A stretch of 64,000 nt of DNA. Origin: Andalucia godoyi And28. Its lineage: Eukaryota; Protista; Jakobida. The DNA is taken from the NCBI GenBank assembly GCA_009859145.1, contig VRVR01000043.1, positions 184,392-248,391 on the forward strand, read 5' to 3'. The notes beneath the pieces are model-generated. The model was not told the DNA's origin, did not search any database, and was given only the letters and a program-made list of their open reading frames with translations. Shown in pieces: positions 52,341 through 62,298 of the stretch (positions within the stretch are counted from its first letter, which is position 1; each line of letters begins with the position of its first letter). The translations under genes and the position numbers were made by a program.

Positions 52341-53690
52341 CTAGTCCATCTTGTGCCCTGCAGTCAAGAACGAGAATCGAGAGTTAGTGTCCTTGGACCG
52401 AAGCGCGTCATCGGGGTTCCAAAACGATTCATAGCGAAGTCGTTCCTGTTCGGAAGCCTCCGGGGAGAGAATATTAGAACGAGAAAACACTGCTGATTCC
52501 GGGTTTGACGAATGCAGACTAAACGGCGTGGGCTCGACCTCGATTGTCGACGGGAACTGCACCTTCATCGTCTTTGGTGTGAACGGAAACACAAATGACG
52601 AGAACATGTCTCCTGAGAATTCGACACAATGCACGCTGGACGAATTTCGTGGAGAAGGAGGAGTCGAAAGCGCGTGCTTCGGAGGCACCGAATCACACGT
52701 CAGACTGAACTCTTTCAATGAGTCTGAAAGTGAATACTGAGATGGGGTCGTCGCTGCACCAGGCACGTCCGAAGCAGCGGCACTTGTCCACGGCACGAAG
52801 CCACGAGAATCAGATGCCAGTGAGGAATCCGTAGCAGTCACCTGACCTGTGTTGCCAAACGCTACTTGCGATTCGACCCATGTCGGTGGATCTGACGTCA
52901 CAGCCGGGGTGCCCTTCCCGCCTCGTTTCTTGTCCTTTGCATACGACCGAGGTGCCGAGCCCTTTTCAGAATTGGCTCTACGTCTTCGCTTCATTGTGAC
53001 ATCCAGCGGCCCACAGCCAGCACCCTGAGAATTCCCAAATGGAATGCACACGGGACCGGTCTGCTTGGTTCTCTCTTCAAAAGTCACTGCAACATCCGAG
53101 TGGGGCGACGAAAACAATGTATTTTCTCTGCCACTGTGTTCGGTGCTTTGACATCGGTACGGGGATGGAGCCTCAGTTGCAGTGGGAACGTCAGTTGACG
53201 TGGGAGTTGGCGAGGGCATGGAAGCATCCGAGCGAGGTGTATCCTGCCCCCCAACACTCACGATTGAATGCAGTGTCTGTTCTTCCTGTGCCGTCGAAAT
53301 AAGCAAATTGGACGGTTCGTACTCGAGAGCTTCAGTCCGGGGATCCGTGGACTCGCCGGACGGCACAAACAGCGGCAGCGTCTGTGAATCGGCCGCATGC
53401 AGCAGCAGCGAGCAGCTAATGGGCCACTCCATCATTCGGTGCTTCCACAGCAACGACAGCGAAAATGGATGCTGGAGAGGAACCAAGAGTGTGTGGTACG
53501 GACCCGAATCCTTTTGGAAACCCACGGCGGTCGCAGGACGCGGGCTCACTGCATGCGACAGCGGGAACGACTTCACAAAGAAGAAAAACCGGCATAAAAG
53601 TACCGAAATCGCGAACAATGCCAAGATGGTCATTACCATATACACTACAGATGAAGGCTCGTAAGAAGAAGCCATGTATTCGTCCATCAT
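52341..53690 (-). CDS. Hypothetical protein with N-terminal TM/signal anchor and S/T/P-rich disordered body
   Basis: 449-codon ATG-initiated ORF with hydrophobic VVYMVMTILALFAISVLLCRFFFF. No recognisable domain. Confidence 0.6.
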   Translation of the reverse strand: MMDEYMASSYEPSSVVYMVMTILALFAISVLLCRFFFFVKSFPLSHAVSPRPATAVGFQKDSGPYHTLLVPLQHPFSLSLLWKHRMMEWPISCSLLLHAADSQTLPLFVPSGESTDPRTEALEYEPSNLLISTAQEEQTLHSIVSVGGQDTPRSDASMPSPTPTSTDVPTATEAPSPYRCQSTEHSGRENTLFSSPHSDVAVTFEERTKQTGPVCIPFGNSQGAGCGPLDVTMKRRRRANSEKGSAPRSYAKDKKRGGKGTPAVTSDPPTWVESQVAFGNTGQVTATDSSLASDSRGFVPWTSAAASDVPGAATTPSQYSLSDSLKEFSLTCDSVPPKHALSTPPSPRNSSSVHCVEFSGDMFSSFVFPFTPKTMKVQFPSTIEVEPTPFSLHSSNPESAVFSRSNILSPEASEQERLRYESFWNPDDALRSKDTNSRFSFLTAGHKMD

Positions 53691-53787
53691 GCTTGCTTCT
53701 TTTTTTCTTCTTCCTCTTCTTCTTTCGTTTTGCTTTCTCTCAACCCAGTCGAAGCAAATGGTAATGGTGAAAGCGAGGCAGAACGAG

Positions 53788-53796
53788 CGAGCGAGC

Positions 53797-53868
<72 letters not shown>
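53788..53868 (+). repeat. (GA)n microsatellite
   Basis: Direct read of the sequence. Confidence 0.95.
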
Positions 53869-53871
<3 letters not shown>

Positions 53872-54243
53872 AGAAACTGAATAATTGGCAAAGGCGAATT
53901 GGAAAAAAAATAATATGATTATCACTGTTTTTTAAATTAAAAAAAGAAGAAGAAGAAAGAAAAAAGAAAAAAGAAAAAAGAAAAAAATGAAAAAATCAAG
54001 GAGAAATGATAATGATACAAAGTAATGATACAAAACGAACGCAGAACAACAAAAAGAAAAAGGAAAAAGGAAAAACGCTGTACTGGTTTTAATGGAGTTT
54101 CATAGACTAAAGGCGGATGACGGATGGCGGATGGGAATTTTGGCAAGTTGGAAGGACCGAAATAGAAGTGTCACACGTGTGAGTCTTTTTTTTTTATTAT
54201 GGGAGGTGCAAATTCCTTTTTTGGTAAATTCCGACAAAAGAAG

Positions 54244-54244
<1 letters not shown>

Positions 54245-54283
<39 letters not shown>
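54245..54283 (+). repeat. (TAA)n microsatellite
   Basis: Direct read of the sequence. Confidence 0.95.
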
Positions 54284-54285
<2 letters not shown>

Positions 54286-54332
54286 TAATTAATTCATTCA
54301 TTGATTGATGAAGCAGCTGTTGTTCGTGGTTG

Positions 54333-56972
54333 TTATTCCGGAGATGGCGCGGTGCTCAGGCTGCACAAACCAGAGGAGAGAAAGTACTGGAGAAGTGCAT
54401 CGGAGCGGTCGATATCAAGACCGCTCACTGCTCTCATATGCCCTCTGCTCATTTCTGGGCTGTTGATGACATGGTTCTTGACGTGCAAGAACAGCATGGG
54501 AGATACATGGTTTCGCTGGCACCACGCGGACTCTTCTGCATTGAGCAGCTCTGTCCGAGGAAGCGATGAAACATCCATGATGCCGCCCCACTCGGCCTTG
54601 CGTCCAACGAACTCCGACAGCACCATCAACCACGCTTCGTAGTCCGGTTCGGATTCCGCAACAACGTCAAGCGACCGTTTTCCGCCCTCGTAGATCAGAG
54701 AAAAGGACAAGTAGAACTCTGCGCTGGCCTCCAATGCTCGATTCCGAGCAAACACCTTGGTGTACTGACCACGCTGGAACTTTTCCACGTCAGAAAACAA
54801 GAGACTGTCAGGCTCCAAGCGACCGCTCTCCCCGTGCTTTGGGTCAAACCATGAGATGCGGTCGTGGGACGCAGGAATGAAAAAGTGTCGGGGATGAGGC
54901 TGTCCGTATCGGCCGTGTTTCATAAGCACGCAGCCGTGCTCGAGATAGCGAATCACATCATTTAACAGATTCTGGCGGTTGAAAATCTCCTCTTGCTGCC
55001 TTCGAATCGCAGCCTCGACGGACTCTGCAGATCTCCCGTCTTGCAAATCAGCAAAATCGACGGAGGCATCCTGGAGCTCGCCGTCGTTTTCCTCGCGATC
55101 GTCCTGTCCCGGCAGCGGGGCCTCGATATCCCCCGAGACTGCAGATCGGAAAACATCTGCAAAGATCCCTTCGCAGACCCAGTGAGCCTCGGACTCGGAT
55201 CGCTTTGCTTGCAGCTCTTGCAACTTTGCTTCCTCGGTCTTGAGCTCCGCGTCTTTCTTCGACAATAGCTTGCGGGCTTTGCGGATCTTTTGAAACGCGT
55301 CCCAAATCTTCTTTTCGATTTCCCAATGGCTGTTCTCCTCCTTCCACTGTTTATCTTCGCGGTCGAATGCGGCTGTCCATTGTTCAAATTCCTTCGAGAC
55401 TTCCAATTCCCGATTTCTAATTTCATCATTCAGCAAATCTTCTTGCCGCTCCAGCAGCGCCACTTGCGCCTGCAGCGCAGCCACCTCATCGCCGACAGCA
55501 GCGCGAGCAGTTTCAGCCTCTCTAATGCGTCCATACAGCTCGTCCACAACAGCCCCGCGAGAACTCTTTTGCTTCCCGACCTTCTCCTCGAGCTCCTTCC
55601 GCGTTTGCACAGCCAGCTCGAGCTTGTCGTTCAAACCTTTGCACAGCTGCTTCTCGGACTCTGCAAGAGCATCGACCCCCTGCTTCACTTTCAGCTTCAC
55701 ATGCTGGCGGTCCTTTATCTCTTGATCGGACGCTTCTTTCGCGCGCCTTTCTCTCGCGTCCACAAGCATGGAGCGGAGAGCATCGTCAAAATTCGGAGCG
55801 CCTACCATGCTGTCCGTGAATCGGAAGGAGTATCCATGGACGGCCTGCACAAATCGCAGATTGGCAACGAGTTCTTCATGCTCTTTCGCGACACGCAAAT
55901 ATGCTGCCTCTGCTTCTCGATCTGCTGGATTCACTTGCTCTGCCTTCATTTCCTTGACGCGATCCGCGAACCTCATCGTGGACAGGGATTCGTGGACCGA
56001 CAGTTCCGAAGGAGACAGATTCGCAATGAGCAGCACCTTGCAATTACCCGAAAACGAGTTTTTCAGCAGCCTCGTAAGCTTTGAGTCTCGGTACGGAATA
56101 TGCCCACGGCTCATGAACAGCGCATTGACCACCATGCCAAGCGCCGAGAGAGACTTGTTGATGAACTGGGCCTCTTTCAAGCGATCTCCTTCCACGCCGG
56201 AGCGCTTGATCCTCTCCGATCCTGCCAAGTCCACAAGCGTCAGCCTACTCGAGACGACTTTTGCCGACGCTCTGTCCTTTTGCGAAATGTCAATAAAAAA
56301 CAGCGCGTGCGAACGGGAAGATCGATCGTTCATGTGCGTGGATGACGTTGCACGGTTGTTGTTTGCCTTTGTGAACAAGTTGTGCACTTGCATCACATTC
56401 GAGACAGCAAACGACTTGACGTTCTGAATGAACACATTATCGCGATCTTCCTTGAGCACTGGTTCTGGATCTCCCTTCTCGGACAGCAAATCTCGCACCA
56501 TTTCATTATAAATCTCAAGAATCGACAGCTCAACCGCCACATCCAGGTTCCGTGCATTCCGTCTCTGGTATGTAAATATGTCCACCAGAGCGCGCAAAAA
56601 GAGGCCAGAGTCTTCTGTGAGCAAATTCTGTGCATCGATGACATCGCTACGCGTCCATTCCGACGTGTCTCCCAGCACCGTGTACGTCTTTCCGGATCCT
56701 GTTTGCCCGTATGTGAAAATCGTGGAGTGGAGTCCCTGCAGCGCGGCGTCCACGAGATCCACCCCGCTTTCTTCATACACATGCTCCCCGGTGTTCGAAT
56801 GATCGAACACAGCATCGACCGCAAACGTGTTTGTCTTTTTGTCCTCTGGATTTACAATCAACACCGTCGTTTCATTGGCTTTCTGAACTGCATCAACATC
56901 GAACTTTTCACCAAGGCGAGACAGTCTCGGCCGGATCCGCACAGCGACGCGAACTTTCGAATCATCCGTCAT
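54333..56972 (-). CDS. Kinesin with N-terminal motor, coiled coil, PH domain and C-terminal SWIRM/HTH-like domain
   Basis: VRVAVRIRP, GQTGSGKT, NDRSSRSH, LVDLAGSER and HIPYRDSKLTRLL motifs. PH: GCVLMKHGRYGQPHPRHF...SFSLIY...RSLDVVAESEPDYEAWL. ATG at 56972. Confidence 0.92.
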   Translation of the reverse strand: MTDDSKVRVAVRIRPRLSRLGEKFDVDAVQKANETTVLIVNPEDKKTNTFAVDAVFDHSNTGEHVYEESGVDLVDAALQGLHSTIFTYGQTGSGKTYTVLGDTSEWTRSDVIDAQNLLTEDSGLFLRALVDIFTYQRRNARNLDVAVELSILEIYNEMVRDLLSEKGDPEPVLKEDRDNVFIQNVKSFAVSNVMQVHNLFTKANNNRATSSTHMNDRSSRSHALFFIDISQKDRASAKVVSSRLTLVDLAGSERIKRSGVEGDRLKEAQFINKSLSALGMVVNALFMSRGHIPYRDSKLTRLLKNSFSGNCKVLLIANLSPSELSVHESLSTMRFADRVKEMKAEQVNPADREAEAAYLRVAKEHEELVANLRFVQAVHGYSFRFTDSMVGAPNFDDALRSMLVDARERRAKEASDQEIKDRQHVKLKVKQGVDALAESEKQLCKGLNDKLELAVQTRKELEEKVGKQKSSRGAVVDELYGRIREAETARAAVGDEVAALQAQVALLERQEDLLNDEIRNRELEVSKEFEQWTAAFDREDKQWKEENSHWEIEKKIWDAFQKIRKARKLLSKKDAELKTEEAKLQELQAKRSESEAHWVCEGIFADVFRSAVSGDIEAPLPGQDDREENDGELQDASVDFADLQDGRSAESVEAAIRRQQEEIFNRQNLLNDVIRYLEHGCVLMKHGRYGQPHPRHFFIPASHDRISWFDPKHGESGRLEPDSLLFSDVEKFQRGQYTKVFARNRALEASAEFYLSFSLIYEGGKRSLDVVAESEPDYEAWLMVLSEFVGRKAEWGGIMDVSSLPRTELLNAEESAWCQRNHVSPMLFLHVKNHVINSPEMSRGHMRAVSGLDIDRSDALLQYFLSSGLCSLSTAPSPE

Positions 56973-58036
56973 ATTGTGCACATTAATCGCCACCTGCTCC
57001 CTCGAAGTGCCTCTCTTTGGCTTCGAAAAAAACAACAAAAACAAAAACAAAAACAAAAAAAGTCGTCGAGAGAGTCGAAAAAACACTCGTCTGTAAGGCA
57101 ACATCGATAAAATTTCAATTCGGAAATTCCGGCATTTCCAACCTTGCGATTTCTTTCCGTCTTTCCCATTTGTCCGTTTGTTTTTTCCGTTATCCGTCTT
57201 CTTCTTCTTCTACTTCTACTACTACTACTACTACTTCTTCTTCTTCGTCGTCGTCGTCTTCGTCGTCGTCTTCGTCTTCGTCTTCGTCTTCGTCTTCGTC
57301 TTCGTTTGGGTTGGATTTTTAATTTAGTTGCTGTTGCTTGCTTGCTTTCTTCGTCTCTTATTATGTTTTCGTGACCTGATGGTGCATGTTGTGAAAACTG
57401 ACATTCGGCGACGCGTCGTTTGGCCCCACCGGTGTGAGAGGTGAGCGTGCGGTGCCTGTGTCCCTCCATCCGACGAGCACTGCACGAACAAGAAGTGATG
57501 CGCATGCAGATGCTCGAGAGTCCGGCGTTGCGTCGTGCGCGTTTTCGTGCCCCAGGGGGGAAGTTTGAGACATTTTACCACAGTGAGCTGTCCATCTGAC
57601 CGCCGCTGCGTGGGCCGCGATGACCGTTTGTCGGTCCGGCCGCCGTCTCCCTGTATCGGAATCCATCAGGGCATTCCTAGTCCAAGCGAGTTGGAAATCT
57701 CGCGTAGAGAGCACTCATGAAAATTACGTTTATGACGGTGAATGCGGATAAAGCGCATGAAAGGATGTCGGACATTTCGAAGCGGGAAAAGAGCGAGTAA
57801 AAACATTAAAATGCGTTGAATCAAGTGATGCTTCTTCGCATCATCGTCAATCACAGACCATCAAACTCGCCGTTACTGGGGAATTCTTCCGACAATGCAA
57901 AACTACAAAACTCCAAACGGAACATGGTTGCAACCATCATTGATCCTGCCGAGGTTGATAGTTGAAATCGATAGTTGACAGCAGCTAAAAAAGAATAATA
58001 AGAATAATAAGAATAATAATAATTATTGGACGATAT

Positions 58037-61000
58037 ATGGCGAAGCGGGTGCAGCTTGACAGTGGGTCTCGTGTTCTGCAAGAGTACTTTTTGAATCCGT
58101 CGCAGGTATGGGACAAAGAAGACAAGTGCGAGGTAGTCATTCTGTCGAGCTTCGGCATGTCGACGTTTCTCAAGGACTCCTTTATTTTTCGATTCAGTGC
58201 GCTGAAAAAGCTGGACATCTCGAAAAACAGACTCCAGTCGCTGCCCCCTGCTGCATGCTGGCACTTCTTAGGTTGTCTCGAAGTCCTGTTTCTGCATGAG
58301 AACTACCTGTCGAAGTTCTCGGACGTGTTCAAACTGGGCGCACTGCCGAAGCTGCAGTATCTTACGTGTTTTGAGAATCCGATTGCACTGCATCCGGACT
58401 ACAGACCGAAGATCGTATCTGCGTTACGATCGCTGCGTGCATTGGATGAGCACGTCATCTCGGATGCAGAGGCAAGCTCCGATTATGCGTCTCTCGACTA
58501 CAGAGGCCACTTTTCGCCGCTGTCGAGCGTTTACCGCATTTTGAAGCCGTCTGAAAGGGCGTCTGTTCTATTTGGGGATGCTGCACTGGGTGGAAGCGGA
58601 GCGGACCAGTGCTTCTTGATGGACGTCGAGCTGAAGGAGGTCAGCCAAATCTTCGCAAAGCAAAACCCGTCTTCCAAGGTCCAGAGATCGTGGAAGCATC
58701 TGCGGCAAAAGATGATGAAGTCGAGAATGGAGCAGGTGCTCAAACGGTCCGTGCTCGACATACAGAGGGTGTTTCGAGGATACAAATGCCGAAGGGAAAA
58801 CAAACCAGTGATGAGCGATTCAAAGGCCGTGCTGCTCATTCAGAAGCTGTTCCGTATCCGACGCGCCAAACGGCTAGCAAAGAGTTTCAAATGTGCCAAT
58901 TTGCCGTTTTCATTCTACTGCGCGGAAGAGGACATGCAGCTTGTTGTGTCCTTGCTGGACAAGTCGCTGCGAATTTTGGGAAAGCACAATGTGCGACAGT
59001 TGACCATAGGCCAAGCCTCCACAAATTCATCTTCTTCCCGTGACGAAAGCGCCGACGACGAAAGACTGGAGAACAACGAGCAGGACCAGCAGCCGTTGGA
59101 TCGCGAAGACCCAAATTTTCTGGATGATCACGAGTTCCAGTCCGGGTTTTCGAGTTTTGGCCCCTTGAAATCTCCCATCATGCTCTCGAATGCTGCCGAC
59201 GACCGCCTGGACCTGGCCCCGCCGTCTTTGCAAAGCTCTTTTGCAGCGCTAAAGCTGGACCACGATCATAAGAAGACGGTTCATTACATCGTCAAGTCAA
59301 GCTATATCTTGTCCCTTCGAAAATCCACTTCAGTATCCCACAAGGGCATCTTCCAGGACACATTTTCTGATGGCAATTTTGTTTGTCGGCGACTGCTTTC
59401 CATCAAGCCCCTTCGAGAGTATCTCGCAAATTGTGGCTTGGTCATGGATCGAGCGGCAATCATCCGGTATGCCACGACGTATCTCCGCCCTCGCTATCGC
59501 TTCAGCAGCCGAAGAATCGCGGAGTTCATGCAAATTATCCGTGAAGAGATCGAAAACGAACAGTATCGCGAGTTTCTCAAGGAAATACAGTTGCCGGATT
59601 CGAGACTTGCGGGATACTTCCTGTCCCTGGTTCAAGAGCACAACCAATCGATTCTTTCCCGTATCCCCGGGAAGCCCTCTTTGCACGACATGACAGATGC
59701 AAATCGACTGCTGGTTTTGTACGATGTAGGCATGACGAATCGTGTCTGCAATGCTGTCAGCGTGCAGTCCTCCTGGCGTGGCCACGTTGCACGTCAAAGC
59801 ATGGACCCTCCACTGATTGATGGTATTCTACGCAATCGAGGTGCCATGCTGCTGCAGGCGCACATTCGTGGTTTGCTTGCGCGAGTTCGAACGACAATGC
59901 TCCTGGAATGCGTGAAAATCATCCGCAAGTTCCGTAATGGCCAGTCCATAGTCTTGCGAGAGGAGGTGGACATGGAGATGTGGCAGTGGGACCACATACA
60001 CGATCACTCCGTGTCCTGCATCCCGGAATCCAATCTGCAGTTTGGATTTTCTCTTTCCAACTGGCTCCTGCTTCGTGATAATTCCATGCTGCCGTTTTGG
60101 CTTCGAGCCTGGCTTCCGGAAGCGGCGTCCGGCGAATTGGTGTACGATGTCTCGCGGTCTGTCCGGCAAACCTGGTGGGTTGCACGATTTAGGGCTTCTC
60201 GATGCTTGCTGGAGGATGACGATGGGGTTCGATATGTCATGTATACATTTGAATCCATGCAAGAAGCAGTGGCGCGTGCACTCATGTTCACGATTCGAAC
60301 GTTCTTATTCCACACGTCGTCAGGGCTTCCACTTCTCGCGGTCGACGAAGTACCCGATTCTGCGCTTGTTCGCCGCAGTCAGATTCTGTTCCGTAGATGC
60401 ATTGAACGAAGAAAGCGAATTCGATTGGCGCTGTCCAGGATTCCAATCCAGCCGAATCTGAAAAGACAGACTTCGGCAGGCGTAATTGGGAAGGATGCGC
60501 CGGAAGCAGAACGGAATCCTCGATCGGAAAAGGTCTCCTCTTTGGATCTCGGAAAGCTCCTTCGGGATGTGCGCTCGGGTACTGGCGCACCGGTGTCGCA
60601 TCGCTCGTCAAAAGTTGCAGCGTCGTCAACTGATCGCGAATCGCTGACGTCTTCAAGAGCCCGTGACTCCAATGCCGTGAACACCCGGTTGTCTGCTGCA
60701 GCCCCTTCGGGATTCTCTGTGTCGCAGCTCACGTTTGCAGATGATGATCCCTCCACTTCGGACATGGCGCTGTCATCAGACGCTTTGGAAAAATCGGTTG
60801 ACCTGCTTGTGCAAGGGAGGGAAGCTCCTGTGGTAGCAGACATGGCCTTGCGTCACACCAACGATCTCCGCGGAAGGGATCTACTTTGCACGGATGCGCT
60901 GTATCCTTCCACAGACGATGCAGAGCAGCGAAATCGGGCCAGAGAGCACCGCCTTATTGAGGATCAGAAGAGGCGAGAGGTCCGCGAGAGGCTTCGCTTC

Positions 61001-61945
61001 CTGGATACGGGCCCCAGTTCCGCGTTTCGTGATGCACCCACCATTCCGCCGCACCTGATAAATTCGGATGAGCGTGCGTGCGAAATGAAGGATCGCGTGT
61101 CCGTCCGCAGAATATCCATGAAGAGTGCAGTGCAGACGTCCCGTCAAAACGCGAACGCTCGGAAAGCGCAACTGGGCAGTCAGGTTCGCCTGGAAAGCGG
61201 GGCGATGCGCAAAACGGTGGCTTCACTGCAGCGGGTGTCCAAGCCTCGCAGCATCCCATGTGCGAGCCGCGCGTCGGATCGAAAGACGAGTCCAGTGTCC
61301 TCTTCTTTAGGATCTGCAGCTGTCGTCCAGTTTGCACAGATGAGAAGTTTGCTGAGCCGGCACGCCATCAGCTCCGAGTTTGCCCAAATCAAGGAAGCGC
61401 AAGTCACTGCCAATCGAGAAAAGGTTGCTGCAATACGGTCTTCTCTTTCTTCACGCAGCGGAAGCAGACCCACGCGCTCGGACGTGGAACAGGTGTCGAA
61501 TGAGCCTTCCACCCAGCCAAGCTCCGCTCGAAGCGTGTGGGTTGCAGCATCGTCCATTTCGGATGTTGATGTGGACGCAGACCTTCCTGTGCATTTCCAC
61601 GTGTCAGAGGAGACGGAATGCTTGCGGATCCGAGAGCGCGACAGAGTACCGTCTCTTAGTTCCTCCGTTTCTCCCGATGAGATTCCTCGAAGAGGGAGTA
61701 TCGCTCTACTGTCTGTGCAGGTTCCTCTGTTCGACGGACCTCCGTCGCTGCATTCTATCAAAGGATCCGTGTCTCCACCCTCGTTACCCGTCATTCCAAG
61801 ACAGAATTCCTTGAAAGTTACTCGTCCATCGTCTTCTAATTCTCGCTCACTTCGGCACGACTCGAGCGACCCGCTTCCAGACTTGCTGTTGTTTGGAAAT
61901 TCAAAAACCGGCTCCGATCGTCCCTCCGTCAGTCCCTTCATTTAA
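58037..61945 (+). CDS. Leucine-rich-repeat and IQ-motif protein (LRRIQ3-like)
   Basis: N-terminal LRRs with LRRcap (LTCFENPIALHPDYRPKIV..LRSLRALD). IQ motifs IQRVFRGYKCRR, VQSSWRGHVARQ and LQAHIRGLLAR. Disordered C-terminus. Confidence 0.82.
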   Translation: MAKRVQLDSGSRVLQEYFLNPSQVWDKEDKCEVVILSSFGMSTFLKDSFIFRFSALKKLDISKNRLQSLPPAACWHFLGCLEVLFLHENYLSKFSDVFKLGALPKLQYLTCFENPIALHPDYRPKIVSALRSLRALDEHVISDAEASSDYASLDYRGHFSPLSSVYRILKPSERASVLFGDAALGGSGADQCFLMDVELKEVSQIFAKQNPSSKVQRSWKHLRQKMMKSRMEQVLKRSVLDIQRVFRGYKCRRENKPVMSDSKAVLLIQKLFRIRRAKRLAKSFKCANLPFSFYCAEEDMQLVVSLLDKSLRILGKHNVRQLTIGQASTNSSSSRDESADDERLENNEQDQQPLDREDPNFLDDHEFQSGFSSFGPLKSPIMLSNAADDRLDLAPPSLQSSFAALKLDHDHKKTVHYIVKSSYILSLRKSTSVSHKGIFQDTFSDGNFVCRRLLSIKPLREYLANCGLVMDRAAIIRYATTYLRPRYRFSSRRIAEFMQIIREEIENEQYREFLKEIQLPDSRLAGYFLSLVQEHNQSILSRIPGKPSLHDMTDANRLLVLYDVGMTNRVCNAVSVQSSWRGHVARQSMDPPLIDGILRNRGAMLLQAHIRGLLARVRTTMLLECVKIIRKFRNGQSIVLREEVDMEMWQWDHIHDHSVSCIPESNLQFGFSLSNWLLLRDNSMLPFWLRAWLPEAASGELVYDVSRSVRQTWWVARFRASRCLLEDDDGVRYVMYTFESMQEAVARALMFTIRTFLFHTSSGLPLLAVDEVPDSALVRRSQILFRRCIERRKRIRLALSRIPIQPNLKRQTSAGVIGKDAPEAERNPRSEKVSSLDLGKLLRDVRSGTGAPVSHRSSKVAASSTDRESLTSSRARDSNAVNTRLSAAAPSGFSVSQLTFADDDPSTSDMALSSDALEKSVDLLVQGREAPVVADMALRHTNDLRGRDLLCTDALYPSTDDAEQRNRAREHRLIEDQKRREVRERLRFLDTGPSSAFRDAPTIPPHLINSDERACEMKDRVSVRRISMKSAVQTSRQNANARKAQLGSQVRLESGAMRKTVASLQRVSKPRSIPCASRASDRKTSPVSSSLGSAAVVQFAQMRSLLSRHAISSEFAQIKEAQVTANREKVAAIRSSLSSRSGSRPTRSDVEQVSNEPSTQPSSARSVWVAASSISDVDVDADLPVHFHVSEETECLRIRERDRVPSLSSSVSPDEIPRRGSIALLSVQVPLFDGPPSLHSIKGSVSPPSLPVIPRQNSLKVTRPSSSNSRSLRHDSSDPLPDLLLFGNSKTGSDRPSVSPFI

Positions 61946-62298
61946 GCCGAGGTTTTCATTCTCTTTTTTTATGATTTAATTTGTTACATATGTAAAATAT
62001 ATATTTTTTTTCTGCAGAAAATGCTAAAGCTCGGCGGCTGTAATGTAAATATAGGAATGAAAACACAAAATTCCAAGTCTCGGGGACAGGGACCGTTGAG
62101 GGTTAGCAGGCCTCCAATCACAAAAAAAAAGAAAAAAAAAGGAGGACCTCATTCTGCTTCTGCTTTGGGTTTTATTATTATTGTTATTTTACTTTCGTTT
62201 TTTTCCATGGAGATTCGTATGTTTTCAAAAATTATCTATTCATATCCATTCATATATTCCAGGCTGTGTGCATATATTTCCGCTTCTCTAGGTTTGTG

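Noticed and set aside
57324-57854. Minus-strand frame with a single TGA (GMP*WIP) as a possible selenoprotein
   Set aside because: There is no redox motif context (no CxxU/UxxC), no recognisable family and no SECIS seen.
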